DNA of 64,000 nt from Haliea sp. (GTDB lineage: Bacteria; Pseudomonadota; Gammaproteobacteria; Pseudomonadales; Halieaceae). Positions 11,480 to 22,261 of this stretch are shown here, piece by piece. Within the stretch, counting starts at the first letter, position 1. The number at the start of each line of letters is the position of its first letter. Below the pieces are notes generated by a model that saw only the letters and a program-made list of their open reading frames with translations, ran no database searches and was not told where the DNA came from. Both the position numbers and the translations under genes were made by a program. The stretch covers positions 148 through 64,147 of the forward strand of contig JADJAL010000031.1 of assembly GCA_016704305.1 (NCBI GenBank). Direction: 5' to 3'.

Positions 11480-12162
11480 CTATTTAGCCATCAGGATTTG
11501 CAGTCGATCACCGACGCTTTCCGCGTCGTCCGCGACCGTGCCCAGCAGCGTAATGATCTGGTAGAGGAAGATAACGTCAACAGGCGGAGCTCTCTTTCCA
11601 ATTTAAACAAGCCGGCCCGCAGGTGTACGGCCAGCTCATCTGACCGATGTTCCAGCTCATCCACCGCTTTTAGCATGTCCTCCACCCGGCGAATTTCTTC
11701 GCGGCCGGTAAAGCCGACCTCCAGCAATTCGTCCAACTCCTGAATCGCCTTCAGGGCCTGGTGGGAAGTGGCGGCGGACGTTTCCGCAAGCGTGATAGCG
11801 GGGTCTTGCAAAGAGGGCGGGAAGCGGATTCTGCGTCCGATGATCAGGCCGGCGATATCCTTGGCGGTGTTGGCGATGCGGTCCTGCACCCCTATCAGCG
11901 TCAATAAATCGGACCTGGGTACAGGCAGAAAGAGACTATTGGGCAGGTGCCGGCGTAAGGAGCGCTTTTGCTGGTCCGCGGCGGCCTCCGCTTTGGCGAT
12001 ATCCTGATGCAGGAGGGCAGCACTGTCCCAGTCATCCGCTGCGGATGCCCGCAGCAGGTCCGGGACCAATTGCGCGGCCTGATCCACCATGGCCATGTGC
12101 TCCTGGATAGGTCCGATCGGTGAGCGGCCAAACAAGTTGCCAAGAGGGCTTAAAATTGGCAT
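11480..12162 (-). CDS. TIGR00153 / DUF47 phosphate-transport regulator; frameshift near 11587
   Basis: FGRSPIGPIQEHM, LPNSLFLPVPRSDLL. Adding one C restores PVDVIFLYQII...GDRLQILMAK*. Adjacent to the PiT gene. Confidence 0.9.
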
Positions 12163-12375
12163 AGATCCAATGTCCTGCAATCAGTATGCCGCTAGTGTAG
12201 GGGCTAAAATTGTCATTGTCACAAAAAACGGGTGCGGCTCAGGGGCGCGGCGAGAGTGAGTATCGGGTAGCTGTTTTTGCGCCCGATCCGCTCGCGATAT
12301 GCCCTCGGTTCGGGTAGCACTGTGTTAGCATGTTTTGCTCCGAGAATAGCATTTATAAACCGGCCCCAAGTGACT

Positions 12376-14150
12376 ATGACAAGCAAGTTTGGCGAGCAAT
12401 TACTGGAGCACCGCCTGAGTCTCACTACCGTGGCTCAGGATCTGCACGCTGATGGCTACCTGACGCCGGAGGACCTTGTTCGCATCGGCTTGTCGACCAA
12501 GCTCAAAATACACCCGCTGGTATTCCTGGCGGAGCAGCAGTTGCAGGATGCCTCCACCCCGGGGACCGTGCTCACGATGGAGCGCCTCTTGACCTGGCTG
12601 GGCAAACGGGTCGGCCAGCGCGTGTATCGCATCGATCCGCTCAAGATCAACGTCGCGGCAGTCGCCGATGTCATGTCCCGAGCCTTCGCCGAACGCCACC
12701 GCATCCTGGCGGTAGAGGTGAACGAGCATGAGGTCGTCATCGCCACGGCCGAGCCGTATATTCGCAGCTGGGAGAGCAATCTCGAGCACGTTTTGCGCAA
12801 ACCCATCCGGCGGGTGTTGACGGATCCGCGCGAGATCGCCCGACATACCGCCGAGTTTTACAGCATGGCCAGCTCAGTGCGCGGCGCGCGCGCCCCGGAT
12901 CGAACGGGGGCACCCGCCGGGATAGGCAATCTGGAGCAGATGCTGGAACTGGGCTCGATGAACGAGCTGGATGCGAACGACCAGCACATCGTCAAAATCG
13001 TCGACTGGCTGCTGCAGTACGCGTTTGAGCAGCGCGCGAGTGACATCCATATCGAACCGCGGCGCGACGTGGGCAGCGTCCGCTTTCGCATCGATGGCGT
13101 GCTGCACACCGTCTACGAATTGCCCGCGCATGTGTGCGCAGCGGTCAGCAGCCGGATCAAGATCCTCGGTCGCATGGACGTGGCCGAGAAGCGCAGGCCG
13201 CAGGACGGCAGGCTCAAGACGCGCACGCCCAATGGCAACGAGGTCGAATTGCGCCTCGCCACGCTGCCCACCGCGTTCGGCGAAAAACTGGTGATGCGGA
13301 TTTTTGACCCGGATGTGCTGCAGCGCAGCTTCGAACAACTGGGGCTGACGGATGCCGATCTGCAGCACTGGCACGACATGACAGCCAGCGGCCACGGTAT
13401 CGTGTTGGTGACGGGCCCAACCGGCTCGGGAAAAACCACCACGCTGTATTCCACGCTGCGCCAGTTGGCGACGCCGGAAGTCAACGTCTGCACCATTGAA
13501 GACCCGATTGAAATGGTGGAGAGCGCGTTCAACCAGATGCAGGTGAACCACAGCATCAACCTGAACTTTTCCGCCGGCGTGCGCGCGCTGATGCGGCAGG
13601 ACCCGGACATCATCATGGTGGGAGAGATACGCGACCTGGAAACCGCCAACATGGCGATCCAGGCGGCATTGACCGGGCATCTTGTGCTCTCCACGCTGCA
13701 CACCAATGATTCACCCAGTTCCATCTCGCGCCTGATGGAGTTGGGTGCGCCGCCCTACTCAGCCGGGCCACGGTGCGCGGCATCATGTCGCAGCGCCTGG
13801 TGCGCATTTTGTGCCCGCACTGCAAGACCTATGGCGAGCTGGATATGGACGCCTGGCAGCAGCTCACGCAACCGTGGGAGATGGAGCCGCCTTCGCAGAT
13901 AGCGCGCCCGGTAGGATGTGTGCATTGCCGTGACACCGGTTACGCCGGACGCCAGGGCATTTACGAAGTGCTGGTCAACAGCCGCGCCGTGCAGGCGCAA
14001 ATCCGCTCGCAGCTGAACACCAGTAAAATTCGCGACATCGCGATGGGCGAGGGCATGCGCACGCTCAGGCTCAGCGGCGCGGCGCGGGTGGCGCGCGGCG
14101 AGACGACGATCGAGGAGGTCATGCGCGTGGCCCCCATGATCGACGCCTGA
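12376..14150 (+). CDS. GspE/PulE-family secretion ATPase, stand-alone; frameshift near 13758
   Basis: ASDIHIEP, GPTGSGKTTT (Walker A), TIEDPIE, RQDPDIIMVGEIRD, TLHTND. The C-terminus CPHC...CVHC...GRQGIYE is in another frame. Confidence 0.92.
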
Positions 14151-14177
14151 TACTCACCCGCCGCGCTGACTGTCGTC

Positions 14178-17072
14178 ATGCACCTGCACACCGCCGACTT
14201 GCCGGAAGCACTGGCCGCTGAGGCCGGGCGCGCCTGGGAATTTATCCTCGAACGCGCAGGCTCTGCGCTCGCGCAACAGTTGGCCGATGTGCTTGCGGAT
14301 CGCCCGGAGGCAGGGCAGCTGCCGCGCGTTCTCGCCTGCAGCCCGTTTGTCGCCGACCTGCTGCGGCGCCGTCCGGAGTTGCTGCTGGATCTGGTGGCGA
14401 GCAACGAGCTACAACAGTCGCTGCCGGAAGACGCATTGCGCACCGCGTTGCAGCAGCAGTTAGCCGCCGAGGGCGCAGAGCTGCTGCCGGTGCTGCGGCA
14501 TTTTCGCGCGCGGCATATGCTGCGGATTGTGTGGCGTGATTTCTGCCGCCTGGCCGACACCCTGGAAACAGTTCGCGACACGTCATTGCTGGCCGAAGCG
14601 GCAGTGGCCGAAGCACTGGCGCACTCTCAGGCGCAACTGCAAAGCCGCTTCGGCGTGCCCAGGGGCAGGCACAGCGGCGCCGCGCAGCAGTTGATCGTGC
14701 TGGCGATGGGCAAGCTCGGCGCGCGCGAGTTGAACGTCTCCTCCGATATCGACCTGATATTCACCTACCCGGAGGGCGGACAGACAGATTCGGCAGAGCA
14801 ATCCCTCAGCAACGAGGAGTTTTTCACGCGGCTCGGGCGCGCGATCATCAGTGCGCTGGACCAGGTCACCGTGGACGGCTTTGTGTTTCGTGTGGATATG
14901 CGCCTGCGTCCCTATGGCGATAGCGGCGCATTGGTGCACAACTTTGCCGCGCTCGAGGACTACTACCAGGAGCAGGGCCGCGATTGGGAGCGCTACGCCC
15001 TGATCAAGGCGCGGCCTGTCACGGGCGATCCCGGGCGCGCGCAGGAACTGATGACGACACTGCGACCGTTCGTGTACCGCCGCTATATCGATTTCGGCGT
15101 TATCGAAAGCCTGCGCGGCATGAAGCAGATGATCAACACCGAAGTGCGTCGGCGCGGCCTGCAGGACAATGTGAAACTGGGCCACGGCGGGATCCGCGAG
15201 GTGGAGTTTATCGCGCAGTGCTTTCAGCTGATTCGCGGTGGACGCGACCTCGGCCTGCAACAGCGCGAGTTGCTGGCGGTGCTGGATGAATGCGTGGAGC
15301 TGGGTTGCCTGCCGGCAGCGGCTGTCGCGGAGTTGCGCGCGGCTTACCTGTTTTTGCGCGACAGCGAGCACGCTATCCAGGGCTACCAGGATAAACAGAG
15401 CCAGGACTTACCGCAGGCGGCACTGCCGCGCGCGGCGATGGCCGCAGTGATGGGATATGGCGAGTGGGACGGTTACCGCGCCGCGCTGGAGTCACACCGC
15501 AACGTGGTAGCAGGCCATTTCCGGGATTTGATCGCCGCCCCGGACGAGGCCGATCCGGTCAGCGCCGAGCAGGATGAGGCACTGTGGGGAGAAGGTTTGT
15601 GCGAGGACTCGCTCGCGGCGTTGGGGTTCCAGCATCCAGCGGAAACACTTGCCGCCCTGCAGGGCCTGCAACAGAGCCCGCGTGTCGTCACGCTGCAGGA
15701 GCAGGGCCTTGTGCGCCTGCAACAATTCATGCCGCAATTGCTGCGCGCGTGTGCCGATCTGTCCGACCCGGACCTGGCGGTGCAGCGGGTGCTGCCGCTG
15801 GTTGCCGCCGTCGTGCGCCGCAGCGCGTACCTGGTGCTGCTGTTGGAAAACCGCCCCGCGCTGGCGGAGCTGGTGACGCTGTGCGCGGCCAGCCCATGGA
15901 TCTGCGATCAACTCACGCGCAACCCCGCACTGCTGGATGAGTTGCTGGACCGTGCCAGCCTGTACACCGCGCCCGACAAGGAATTGTTGCGCGAAGAGTT
16001 GCGCCAGCAGGTGATGCGGCTGGCGATTGACGACCTGGAAGCGCAGATGGACGCGCTGCGCTACTTCAAGGCCGCCCATGTGCTGCGGGTAGCGGCCAGC
16101 GAGCTGGCGGGGCGCCTGCCGCTGATGCAGGTCAGCGACAAGCTCACGTGGATCGCCGAAGTGTTGCTGGAGCAGGTGCTGGCTGTCGCGTGGGCCGACC
16201 TGACTCGCAAGTACGGACAACCTGCGCGCGCTGGCAGCGGCGTCGGCTTTGCAATTTTTGGCTATGGCAAGTTGGGCGGCATCGAGCTCGGCTACGGCTC
16301 GGACCTGGATCTGGTATTCATTTACGACGCGACCGCAGGCGGCGCCACCGACGGCGACAACAGCATCGACAATGCGGTGTTCTATACCCGCCTGGGGCAA
16401 CGGATTATCCACATCATGGAAACGCGCATGGCGATGGGGCAGCTATACGACGTGGATATGCGCCTGCGGCCCTCCGGGCAATCCGGCATGCTGGTGAGTA
16501 CCCTGTCGGCATTTCGCAGCTATCAGCGCGACTCCGCCTGGACCTGGGAGCACCAGGCGCTGGTGCGCGCGCGCTTCGTCGCCGGTGATCCAGCAGTGGC
16601 GTCCTCGGTGATGGCGTTGCGCGAGGAGATTTTGCGCCAGCCGCGCGACGAGGCTGCGCTGGCGCGCGAGGTGCATGCGATGCGCGAGAAAATGCGCGCG
16701 CATTTGCGCGCCGACGAGAAGGTGCAAGATGGGGAATTTCACCTAAAACAGGGAGTGGGAGGTATCGTCGATATCGAATTTATGGTGCAATACGCGGTCT
16801 TGGCGTGGTCCCACCGCGTGCCTGAATTGACGCGCTGGTCCGATAATGTACGCATTCTCGAGACCCTGGGCCGGGAGGGTTTGTTTGCACAGCGGGAGTG
16901 CGACGCGCTGAAACAAGCCTATCTCGCCTATCGCTCCGCTGCCCACCAACTATCCCTGCAGCAGCAACCGGGTATCGTGCCCGAGGGTGGCTTTGTCGCG
17001 GCGCGGGAGGCGGTTAGCACCAAGTGGCAGCAGTTGTTTGCGCCGGTTATCAATGACAAAACAGAAAAGTGA
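14178..17072 (+). CDS. glnE: Bifunctional glutamine synthetase adenylyltransferase / deadenylase
   Basis: Two nucleotidyltransferase domains: MGKLGARELNVSSDIDL and YGKLGGIELGYGSDLDL; VDMRLRP appears twice. Confidence 0.97.
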   Translation: MHLHTADLPEALAAEAGRAWEFILERAGSALAQQLADVLADRPEAGQLPRVLACSPFVADLLRRRPELLLDLVASNELQQSLPEDALRTALQQQLAAEGAELLPVLRHFRARHMLRIVWRDFCRLADTLETVRDTSLLAEAAVAEALAHSQAQLQSRFGVPRGRHSGAAQQLIVLAMGKLGARELNVSSDIDLIFTYPEGGQTDSAEQSLSNEEFFTRLGRAIISALDQVTVDGFVFRVDMRLRPYGDSGALVHNFAALEDYYQEQGRDWERYALIKARPVTGDPGRAQELMTTLRPFVYRRYIDFGVIESLRGMKQMINTEVRRRGLQDNVKLGHGGIREVEFIAQCFQLIRGGRDLGLQQRELLAVLDECVELGCLPAAAVAELRAAYLFLRDSEHAIQGYQDKQSQDLPQAALPRAAMAAVMGYGEWDGYRAALESHRNVVAGHFRDLIAAPDEADPVSAEQDEALWGEGLCEDSLAALGFQHPAETLAALQGLQQSPRVVTLQEQGLVRLQQFMPQLLRACADLSDPDLAVQRVLPLVAAVVRRSAYLVLLLENRPALAELVTLCAASPWICDQLTRNPALLDELLDRASLYTAPDKELLREELRQQVMRLAIDDLEAQMDALRYFKAAHVLRVAASELAGRLPLMQVSDKLTWIAEVLLEQVLAVAWADLTRKYGQPARAGSGVGFAIFGYGKLGGIELGYGSDLDLVFIYDATAGGATDGDNSIDNAVFYTRLGQRIIHIMETRMAMGQLYDVDMRLRPSGQSGMLVSTLSAFRSYQRDSAWTWEHQALVRARFVAGDPAVASSVMALREEILRQPRDEAALAREVHAMREKMRAHLRADEKVQDGEFHLKQGVGGIVDIEFMVQYAVLAWSHRVPELTRWSDNVRILETLGREGLFAQRECDALKQAYLAYRSAAHQLSLQQQPGIVPEGGFVAAREAVSTKWQQLFAPVINDKTEK

Positions 17073-17086
17073 ATGGGAGTGATGTG

Positions 17087-18013
17087 ATGAGTTTCGCCGA
17101 TCGCGATGGACTGATCTGGATGGATGGCGAGATGGTGCCGTGGCGCGATGCCAAGGTGCATGTGCTGACGCATTCGCTGCACTATGGCATGGGCGTCTTT
17201 GAAGGTGTGCGGGCATACAATACGCGCGACAACGGCACCTGCATATTCCGCCTGCAGGAACACACTGACCGACTGTTTCGCTCCGCCCACATCATGGGCA
17301 TGAACATGCCTTTCGATAAGGAAACCCTGAACCAGGCGCAGAAGGATGTCGTGCGACTCAACGGACTGGAGGAGGGCTATCTGCGCCCGCTGGCTTTCCT
17401 GGGTTCTGAAGGCATGGGGCTGCGAGCGGACAACCTGCGCACGCATGTCGTCGTCGCCGCATGGGAGTGGCCCTCGTACATGGATCCTGAAGCCCGCGAT
17501 CACGGCATCAAGGTACGCACGTCGTCCTACACCCGCCACCACGTGAACATTTCCATGTGCAAGGCCAAGGCCACCGGCAATTACATCAATTCGCTGCTGG
17601 CCTTGCGCGAGGCCATCGAGAGCGGCGCGGAGGAAGCGCTGCTGCTGGACAACGAGGGATACGTCGCCGAAGGCAGCGGTGAAAACGTCTTCATGGTGCG
17701 CGACAACACCATTTACACGCCAGAGTTGACGTCCTGTCTCGAGGGCATCACCCGGGATACCATTTTTGTGCTGGCGGCGGAGCTGGGCTACCAGATTCGC
17801 GAAAAGCGCATCACCCGCGATGAAGTGTATGTGGCCGACGAGGCATTTTTTACCGGTACTGCCGCCGAAGTCGTACCGATTCGCATGCTGGATGGCCGCA
17901 TCATCGGCAGCGGCAGTCGCGGCCCGGTGACAGAAAAATTACAGACAATGTACTTTGATTCAGTGCGCGGTAATCGCCAGCAAAATCACCAGTGGCTGGA
18001 CCCCGTGGCCTGA
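17087..18013 (+). CDS. ilvE: Branched-chain amino acid aminotransferase
   Basis: THSLHYGMGVFEGVRAY, KAKATGNY, EGSGEN, LEGITR, FTGTAAEV. Confidence 0.97.
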   Translation: MSFADRDGLIWMDGEMVPWRDAKVHVLTHSLHYGMGVFEGVRAYNTRDNGTCIFRLQEHTDRLFRSAHIMGMNMPFDKETLNQAQKDVVRLNGLEEGYLRPLAFLGSEGMGLRADNLRTHVVVAAWEWPSYMDPEARDHGIKVRTSSYTRHHVNISMCKAKATGNYINSLLALREAIESGAEEALLLDNEGYVAEGSGENVFMVRDNTIYTPELTSCLEGITRDTIFVLAAELGYQIREKRITRDEVYVADEAFFTGTAAEVVPIRMLDGRIIGSGSRGPVTEKLQTMYFDSVRGNRQQNHQWLDPVA

Positions 18014-18107
18014 CCGATGCCGTTCCGGTTTTGCATCCGGTGTGGACACGGTATAGTAAACGGGAAGTAACCACATCCCCAGACGCGGGGCACTGGAAGA
18101 AACACCT

Positions 18108-18869
18108 ATGGCGGGTAAAGTACGAATCAAGCGCGGTGATGTCTGGGCTGAGCGCCTTAAGGAACATTTGACATCATCCCAGGTCGGCGTCGCCGAGTGG
18201 ATGGAAGAACACACACAGATTATCAAGAGCAACCTCGGCACATTGTCTGGTATGTTGCAGCTCGATGACCAGTTGGCCTACCTCAAACTCTACTCGTTCA
18301 AACCCTTCAAATACAAAATGTCACTCGGCCTGCGCAAGCCGCAACCCTTGCGCGATTTTAATCTCGCGAGTGACCTTGCTGGCAAAGGCATCGCTGTGCC
18401 ACGGCCGCTGGCCTGCCTGGCAGTCGCCGAGGGCATGTTGCTAGTGACCGAGGGCTTGTCAGGCGGCGGCACTTTGGACGAGGTGTGGCGCAGCCAGCCC
18501 GCGGCGCCCGGCGCCGACGCGATGATGCGCGCTGCCGGCGAAACCCTGGCGCAGCTTCATGCAGCGGGTTACACCTACGGTAATTGCCGTTGGGAACACC
18601 TGTTCTGGAATGGCCAACGCGTTTACCTGACAATGCTTGATAGCACCCGCAAAAGCCCACTTGGTGGAATTCACCAGGCGCGGGATCTCGCGCAATTTAC
18701 GGCCAATGCGGAGCAGTTTGTGATTGGCTCGGTACTGTACGAGCAATTTCTTGAAACCTATTTGCAGGGCATCGCCGGCAATCGGCGAGAAGTGGTGGAG
18801 CGGATGATCCGACCGCTTTACCGCTTTCGCGGGCAGCACCTGTCCAGGTACGGACAGCGTCTGGTGTAG
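18108..18869 (+). CDS. Lipopolysaccharide-kinase (Kdo/WaaP/InaA)-like protein with atypical catalytic motifs
   Basis: YLKLY, GIAVPRPLA, LVTEGL, AGETLAQLHAAGY fold signature. The catalytic loop reads YGNCRWEH. Confidence 0.65.
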   Translation: MAGKVRIKRGDVWAERLKEHLTSSQVGVAEWMEEHTQIIKSNLGTLSGMLQLDDQLAYLKLYSFKPFKYKMSLGLRKPQPLRDFNLASDLAGKGIAVPRPLACLAVAEGMLLVTEGLSGGGTLDEVWRSQPAAPGADAMMRAAGETLAQLHAAGYTYGNCRWEHLFWNGQRVYLTMLDSTRKSPLGGIHQARDLAQFTANAEQFVIGSVLYEQFLETYLQGIAGNRREVVERMIRPLYRFRGQHLSRYGQRLV

Positions 18870-18893
18870 CTGGTTATCTCATCGCTGGTCGCA

Positions 18894-19715
18894 TTACGGC
18901 GGCTTTGCTGGCAGTTTGCGCAAAGCGCGGTGGTAGGCTTCCGCCGCAAGAATTTTTCCTTCCATCGGCGATAGATCCCGCATCTGCCGCCGCCACGCTC
19001 GCAAGAAGCGCATACGATCCGTGCGACCGAGAACGGCCAGCGGCAGCGAGTTCATCTGTACCAGGTTGCGCAGCAGTAGCTTTCCCGGGGTCGGAATTCT
19101 TTGCGTGTTGCCCTCGTTGTTGATCAGCGTAAAACGGAACTGGTCCTTCACCAACGCGGCCAGCACATTGTCCGGGCGCAGTTCGCCATGAATAAAGCCG
19201 GTGGCGTGGACTCGCCCAATGAATGTGCCCAGCGCATGGAGCAGTTGTCGCCGCAGTCGCAGCTGTTCTGCATTCCTGCCAGCGAGCGTCTCGCAGAGCC
19301 AGCGTTGAATGCTGTCGCCAGGCGCCGCAACGGTATACAGATACTCTCCTCCGCCCGGAAGTTGCCCCCAGAGCACGTTGTGGGGTGCGTCTATGCCCGC
19401 CTGCAGCAGTGCTTCGGCGTTCAGGCGTGCGCGGGTAGCGCGGCTGCCCTTGACCTGCGCCCGCAGCGCGGCGGCGGGACTGCGCGGCAGGTACTCCTTG
19501 TAATAGAGCTGCAGCGTTGGATTGACGGCGACCCGCGTGGATGCGGAGCTGCTCACTCGCTGCCAGTCATCCGGCAGGTAGTCGCCTGACAACTGCACAG
19601 CCCATTCGCGTAACTGCTCGGCATGAGCGTCGGTGCTGATAGTGAAATTCCTCCGGTAGAACTTCTGGGCGCCAGCATTAGCGCATTCTATGCCGCAAGA
19701 CCGCGCACTCTGCAA
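18894..19715 (-). CDS. Second LPS-kinase-like protein; start uncertain
   Basis: YYKEYLPRS, GIDAPHNVLWG, LGTFIGRVHATGFIHGELRPDNVL, RNLVQMN...RTDRMRFLRAW. Confidence 0.7.
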   Translation of the reverse strand: MQSARSCGIECANAGAQKFYRRNFTISTDAHAEQLREWAVQLSGDYLPDDWQRVSSSASTRVAVNPTLQLYYKEYLPRSPAAALRAQVKGSRATRARLNAEALLQAGIDAPHNVLWGQLPGGGEYLYTVAAPGDSIQRWLCETLAGRNAEQLRLRRQLLHALGTFIGRVHATGFIHGELRPDNVLAALVKDQFRFTLINNEGNTQRIPTPGKLLLRNLVQMNSLPLAVLGRTDRMRFLRAWRRQMRDLSPMEGKILAAEAYHRALRKLPAKPP

Positions 19716-19904
19716 GTTCGCTGTGACAGGCGCACCGCAAGGGGATATGCGGTAGTCACCGGCGCAGCGTGGGGTTATCATGGCCGGCAAAATAAGGTCG
19801 GCCAACCAGGCCGTCGTATCGCACAGTAATGACACCGCTACGATGACCATCACAATGGCAATGACAATGGCCGTGCAACCAGACTTGGCAACGAAGGGGC
19901 GTGT

Positions 19905-20786
19905 TTGAAGCAGAACGTATTGATACTGGGAGCCGGCGGGCAGCTCGGTCGGGAATTGCAGCGCACCGTGCCGGCCGGGGTGGAGAGTATTGCCATGGCG
20001 CGCACGCAACTGGATATCAGCGACGCCAGTGCGGTGGAAGACTGTCTGGCAGCCCTGATGCCGCAGCAGGTCATCAACGCGGCGGCGTATACCGCAGTGG
20101 ATAAAGCCGAGTCCGAACCCGCCGCCGCACATCGCGGCAATGCCGAAGGCCCGGGTGTGCTGGCTGCGGCGTGTGCCCGCCACGGCCTGCGATTTATTCA
20201 TATCTCCACCGATTTCGTATTCGATGGCACGGCGTCCCAGCCCTATCGACCGGAGGCTCCTGCCGCGCCGCTGGGAGAGTACGGACGCAGCAAGCGCGCC
20301 GGTGAAGTGGCGGTGCAAAGCGCGCTGCCGGAAGCGCTTATCCTGCGCACCGGCTGGGTGTACTCAAGTTTTGGCGGCAATTTTGTCAAGACCATGTTGC
20401 GCCTGATGCGCGAGCGGGACGAGTTGGCCGTGGTGACCGATCAGGTCGGCACGCCAACCTGGGCACACGGCCTGGCAGAGGCGGTGTGGGCCGCGGCCGC
20501 GCGGCCGAAGCTGGGCGGCTTTTATCACTGGAGCGATGCCGGCGTGTGCAGCTGGTACGATTTCGCCGTCGCCATTTATGAAGAAGGACTCGCGCAGGGA
20601 CTGCTGACCAAGCCGGTGACGATTCGGCCGATCCCCGCCGCCGAGTATCCCACGCCGGCGCAACGCCCGGCCTACAGTGTATTGGACAAGTCGAGCAGCT
20701 GGCGCGATTTTGCGCTCACGGGCGTCCATTGGCGCCAGCAATTGCGGGCGATGCTCGCGGATTTGAAGGAGCTGGCAGATGCCTAA
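19905..20786 (+). CDS. rfbD: dTDP-4-dehydrorhamnose reductase
   Basis: GAGGQLG, NAAAYTAVDKAE, HISTDFVFDG, YGRSK, DQVGTPT. Confidence 0.96.
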   Translation: MKQNVLILGAGGQLGRELQRTVPAGVESIAMARTQLDISDASAVEDCLAALMPQQVINAAAYTAVDKAESEPAAAHRGNAEGPGVLAAACARHGLRFIHISTDFVFDGTASQPYRPEAPAAPLGEYGRSKRAGEVAVQSALPEALILRTGWVYSSFGGNFVKTMLRLMRERDELAVVTDQVGTPTWAHGLAEAVWAAAARPKLGGFYHWSDAGVCSWYDFAVAIYEEGLAQGLLTKPVTIRPIPAAEYPTPAQRPAYSVLDKSSSWRDFALTGVHWRQQLRAMLADLKELADA

Positions 20787-21846
20787 ATCCCTACTGGTCA
20801 CCGGAGCAGCCGGTTTTATCGGCGCCAACTTTGTGCACTATTGGATGCAACAGCATCCCGACGACAAGGTGGTGGCGTACGACGCACTCACCTATGCCGG
20901 CAACCGCGCCAACCTTGCGGCATTGCAGGACAACCCGAACTTCAGTTTCGTGCACGCGGACATTTGCGATTACGAGCGGGTACTGCAGGCGCTGCGCGAG
21001 CACGGTATCGATACCGTGGTGCACTTTGCCGCGGAGAGCCATGTGGATCGCTCGATTACCGGCCCGGATGCGTTTATCGAAACCAATATCGTCGGCACCC
21101 ACACGCTGCTGAAGGCGGCGCGTGAAGTGTGGCTGTCGAGTGGTGCGCGGCAAGCGCACCGCTTTCACCATGTGTCGACGGACGAGGTCTACGGTTCGCT
21201 TGCTATCGATGCGCCCGGCTTTCACGAGCAGCAGAAATACGAACCCAACTCGCCCTATTCCGCCAGCAAGGCGGCCTCGGACCATCTGGTGCGCGCCTAT
21301 CACCACACCTACGGCCTGCAGGTCACCACCAGCAATTGCTCCAATAACTACGGCCCTTACCACTTTCCGGAAAAACTGATTCCGCTGTGCCTGACCAACA
21401 TCCTGCGCGGACGCCCGCTGCCGGTGTACGGCGACGGCAGCAATATTCGCGACTGGTTGTACGTGGAGGATCACTGCCGCGGTATCGAACTGGTGCTGCT
21501 AAAGGGCGAGGTCGGGGAAACCTACAATATCGGTGGCAACAACGAGTGGAACAACCTCAATATCGTGCATCTTCTGTGCGACCAGATGGATGCGCGCTTT
21601 GCGGCCGAGCCCGCGCTCGCGTCCCGCTTTCCCGATGCGCCGGGCAGCACCGGTCGCAGCGCCCGCGATCTAATCAAATTTGTTGAGGATCGCGCCGGAC
21701 ACGACTGGCGCTACGCGATCGACGCCAGCAGGATCATGGGCGAACTGGGCTACCAGCCGCACGAGAGTTTCGAGACGGGCCTGCAGCGCACGCTGGATTG
21801 GTATCTCTCTAACGAGGAGTGGTGGCGGCCGTTGTTGGTTAAGTAA
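20779..21846 (+). CDS. rfbB: dTDP-glucose 4,6-dehydratase
   Basis: TGAAGFIG, HFAAESHVDRSI, HVSTDEVYG, YSASKA, NCSNNYGP. Confidence 0.97.
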   Translation: MPKSLLVTGAAGFIGANFVHYWMQQHPDDKVVAYDALTYAGNRANLAALQDNPNFSFVHADICDYERVLQALREHGIDTVVHFAAESHVDRSITGPDAFIETNIVGTHTLLKAAREVWLSSGARQAHRFHHVSTDEVYGSLAIDAPGFHEQQKYEPNSPYSASKAASDHLVRAYHHTYGLQVTTSNCSNNYGPYHFPEKLIPLCLTNILRGRPLPVYGDGSNIRDWLYVEDHCRGIELVLLKGEVGETYNIGGNNEWNNLNIVHLLCDQMDARFAAEPALASRFPDAPGSTGRSARDLIKFVEDRAGHDWRYAIDASRIMGELGYQPHESFETGLQRTLDWYLSNEEWWRPLLVK

Positions 21847-21932
21847 TTGCTTCGGGGGATATTTCGGTGCCTGGTTCTCTCATAATTCCGAAGTTCGCCC
21901 GACACTGGCTTTTCAGGTTCGTGCTCGCGATC

Positions 21933-22019
21933 GGCTCAGGTCAGGGAAGCCTTTTCGCCTGCTTCCCCTATGCGGGCCACCCAATACTCGCATGCAAAAA
22001 GGCTTCCCTGACCTGAGCC
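21933..22019. repeat. 23-bp perfect inverted repeat (REP-like hairpin 1) between convergent rfbB and rfbC
   Basis: ggctcaggtcagggaagcctttt (21933-21955) and aaaaggcttccctgacctgagcc (21997-22019). Confidence 0.85.
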
Positions 22020-22070
22020 TCGAACTGTGCCTATCCGAGAGATGAGAGTCCGAGTTTTCGCACGGAAAGA

Positions 22071-22147
22071 GGGCCCGGGTATCGGGTAAGCAAATCGTTC
22101 GCGAGTATCGGGGAAGCGAGCGATTTGCTTACCCGATACCTGGGCCC
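22071..22147. repeat. 27-bp inverted repeat with one mismatch (REP-like hairpin 2)
   Basis: gggcccgggtatcgggtaagcaaatcg (22071-22097) and cgatttgcttacccgatacctgggccc (22121-22147). Confidence 0.85.
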
Positions 22148-22261
22148 GGCGCTCTAGCCCGATTCTCCAACCCGGTTCCCAACAAACGCTTTTTTGTACT
22201 CGACAGCCCAACCGGTGCTGCCGACAAGCGCGATTTTCAAACCCAACAGCCGACCCCGTGC

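Noticed and set aside
12205-12228. Pho box near the DUF47-pit promoter (tgtcattgtcac)
   Set aside because: The half-sites are spaced 6 bp rather than 11 bp and point away from the transporter. No convincing Pho box was seen upstream of phoX either.
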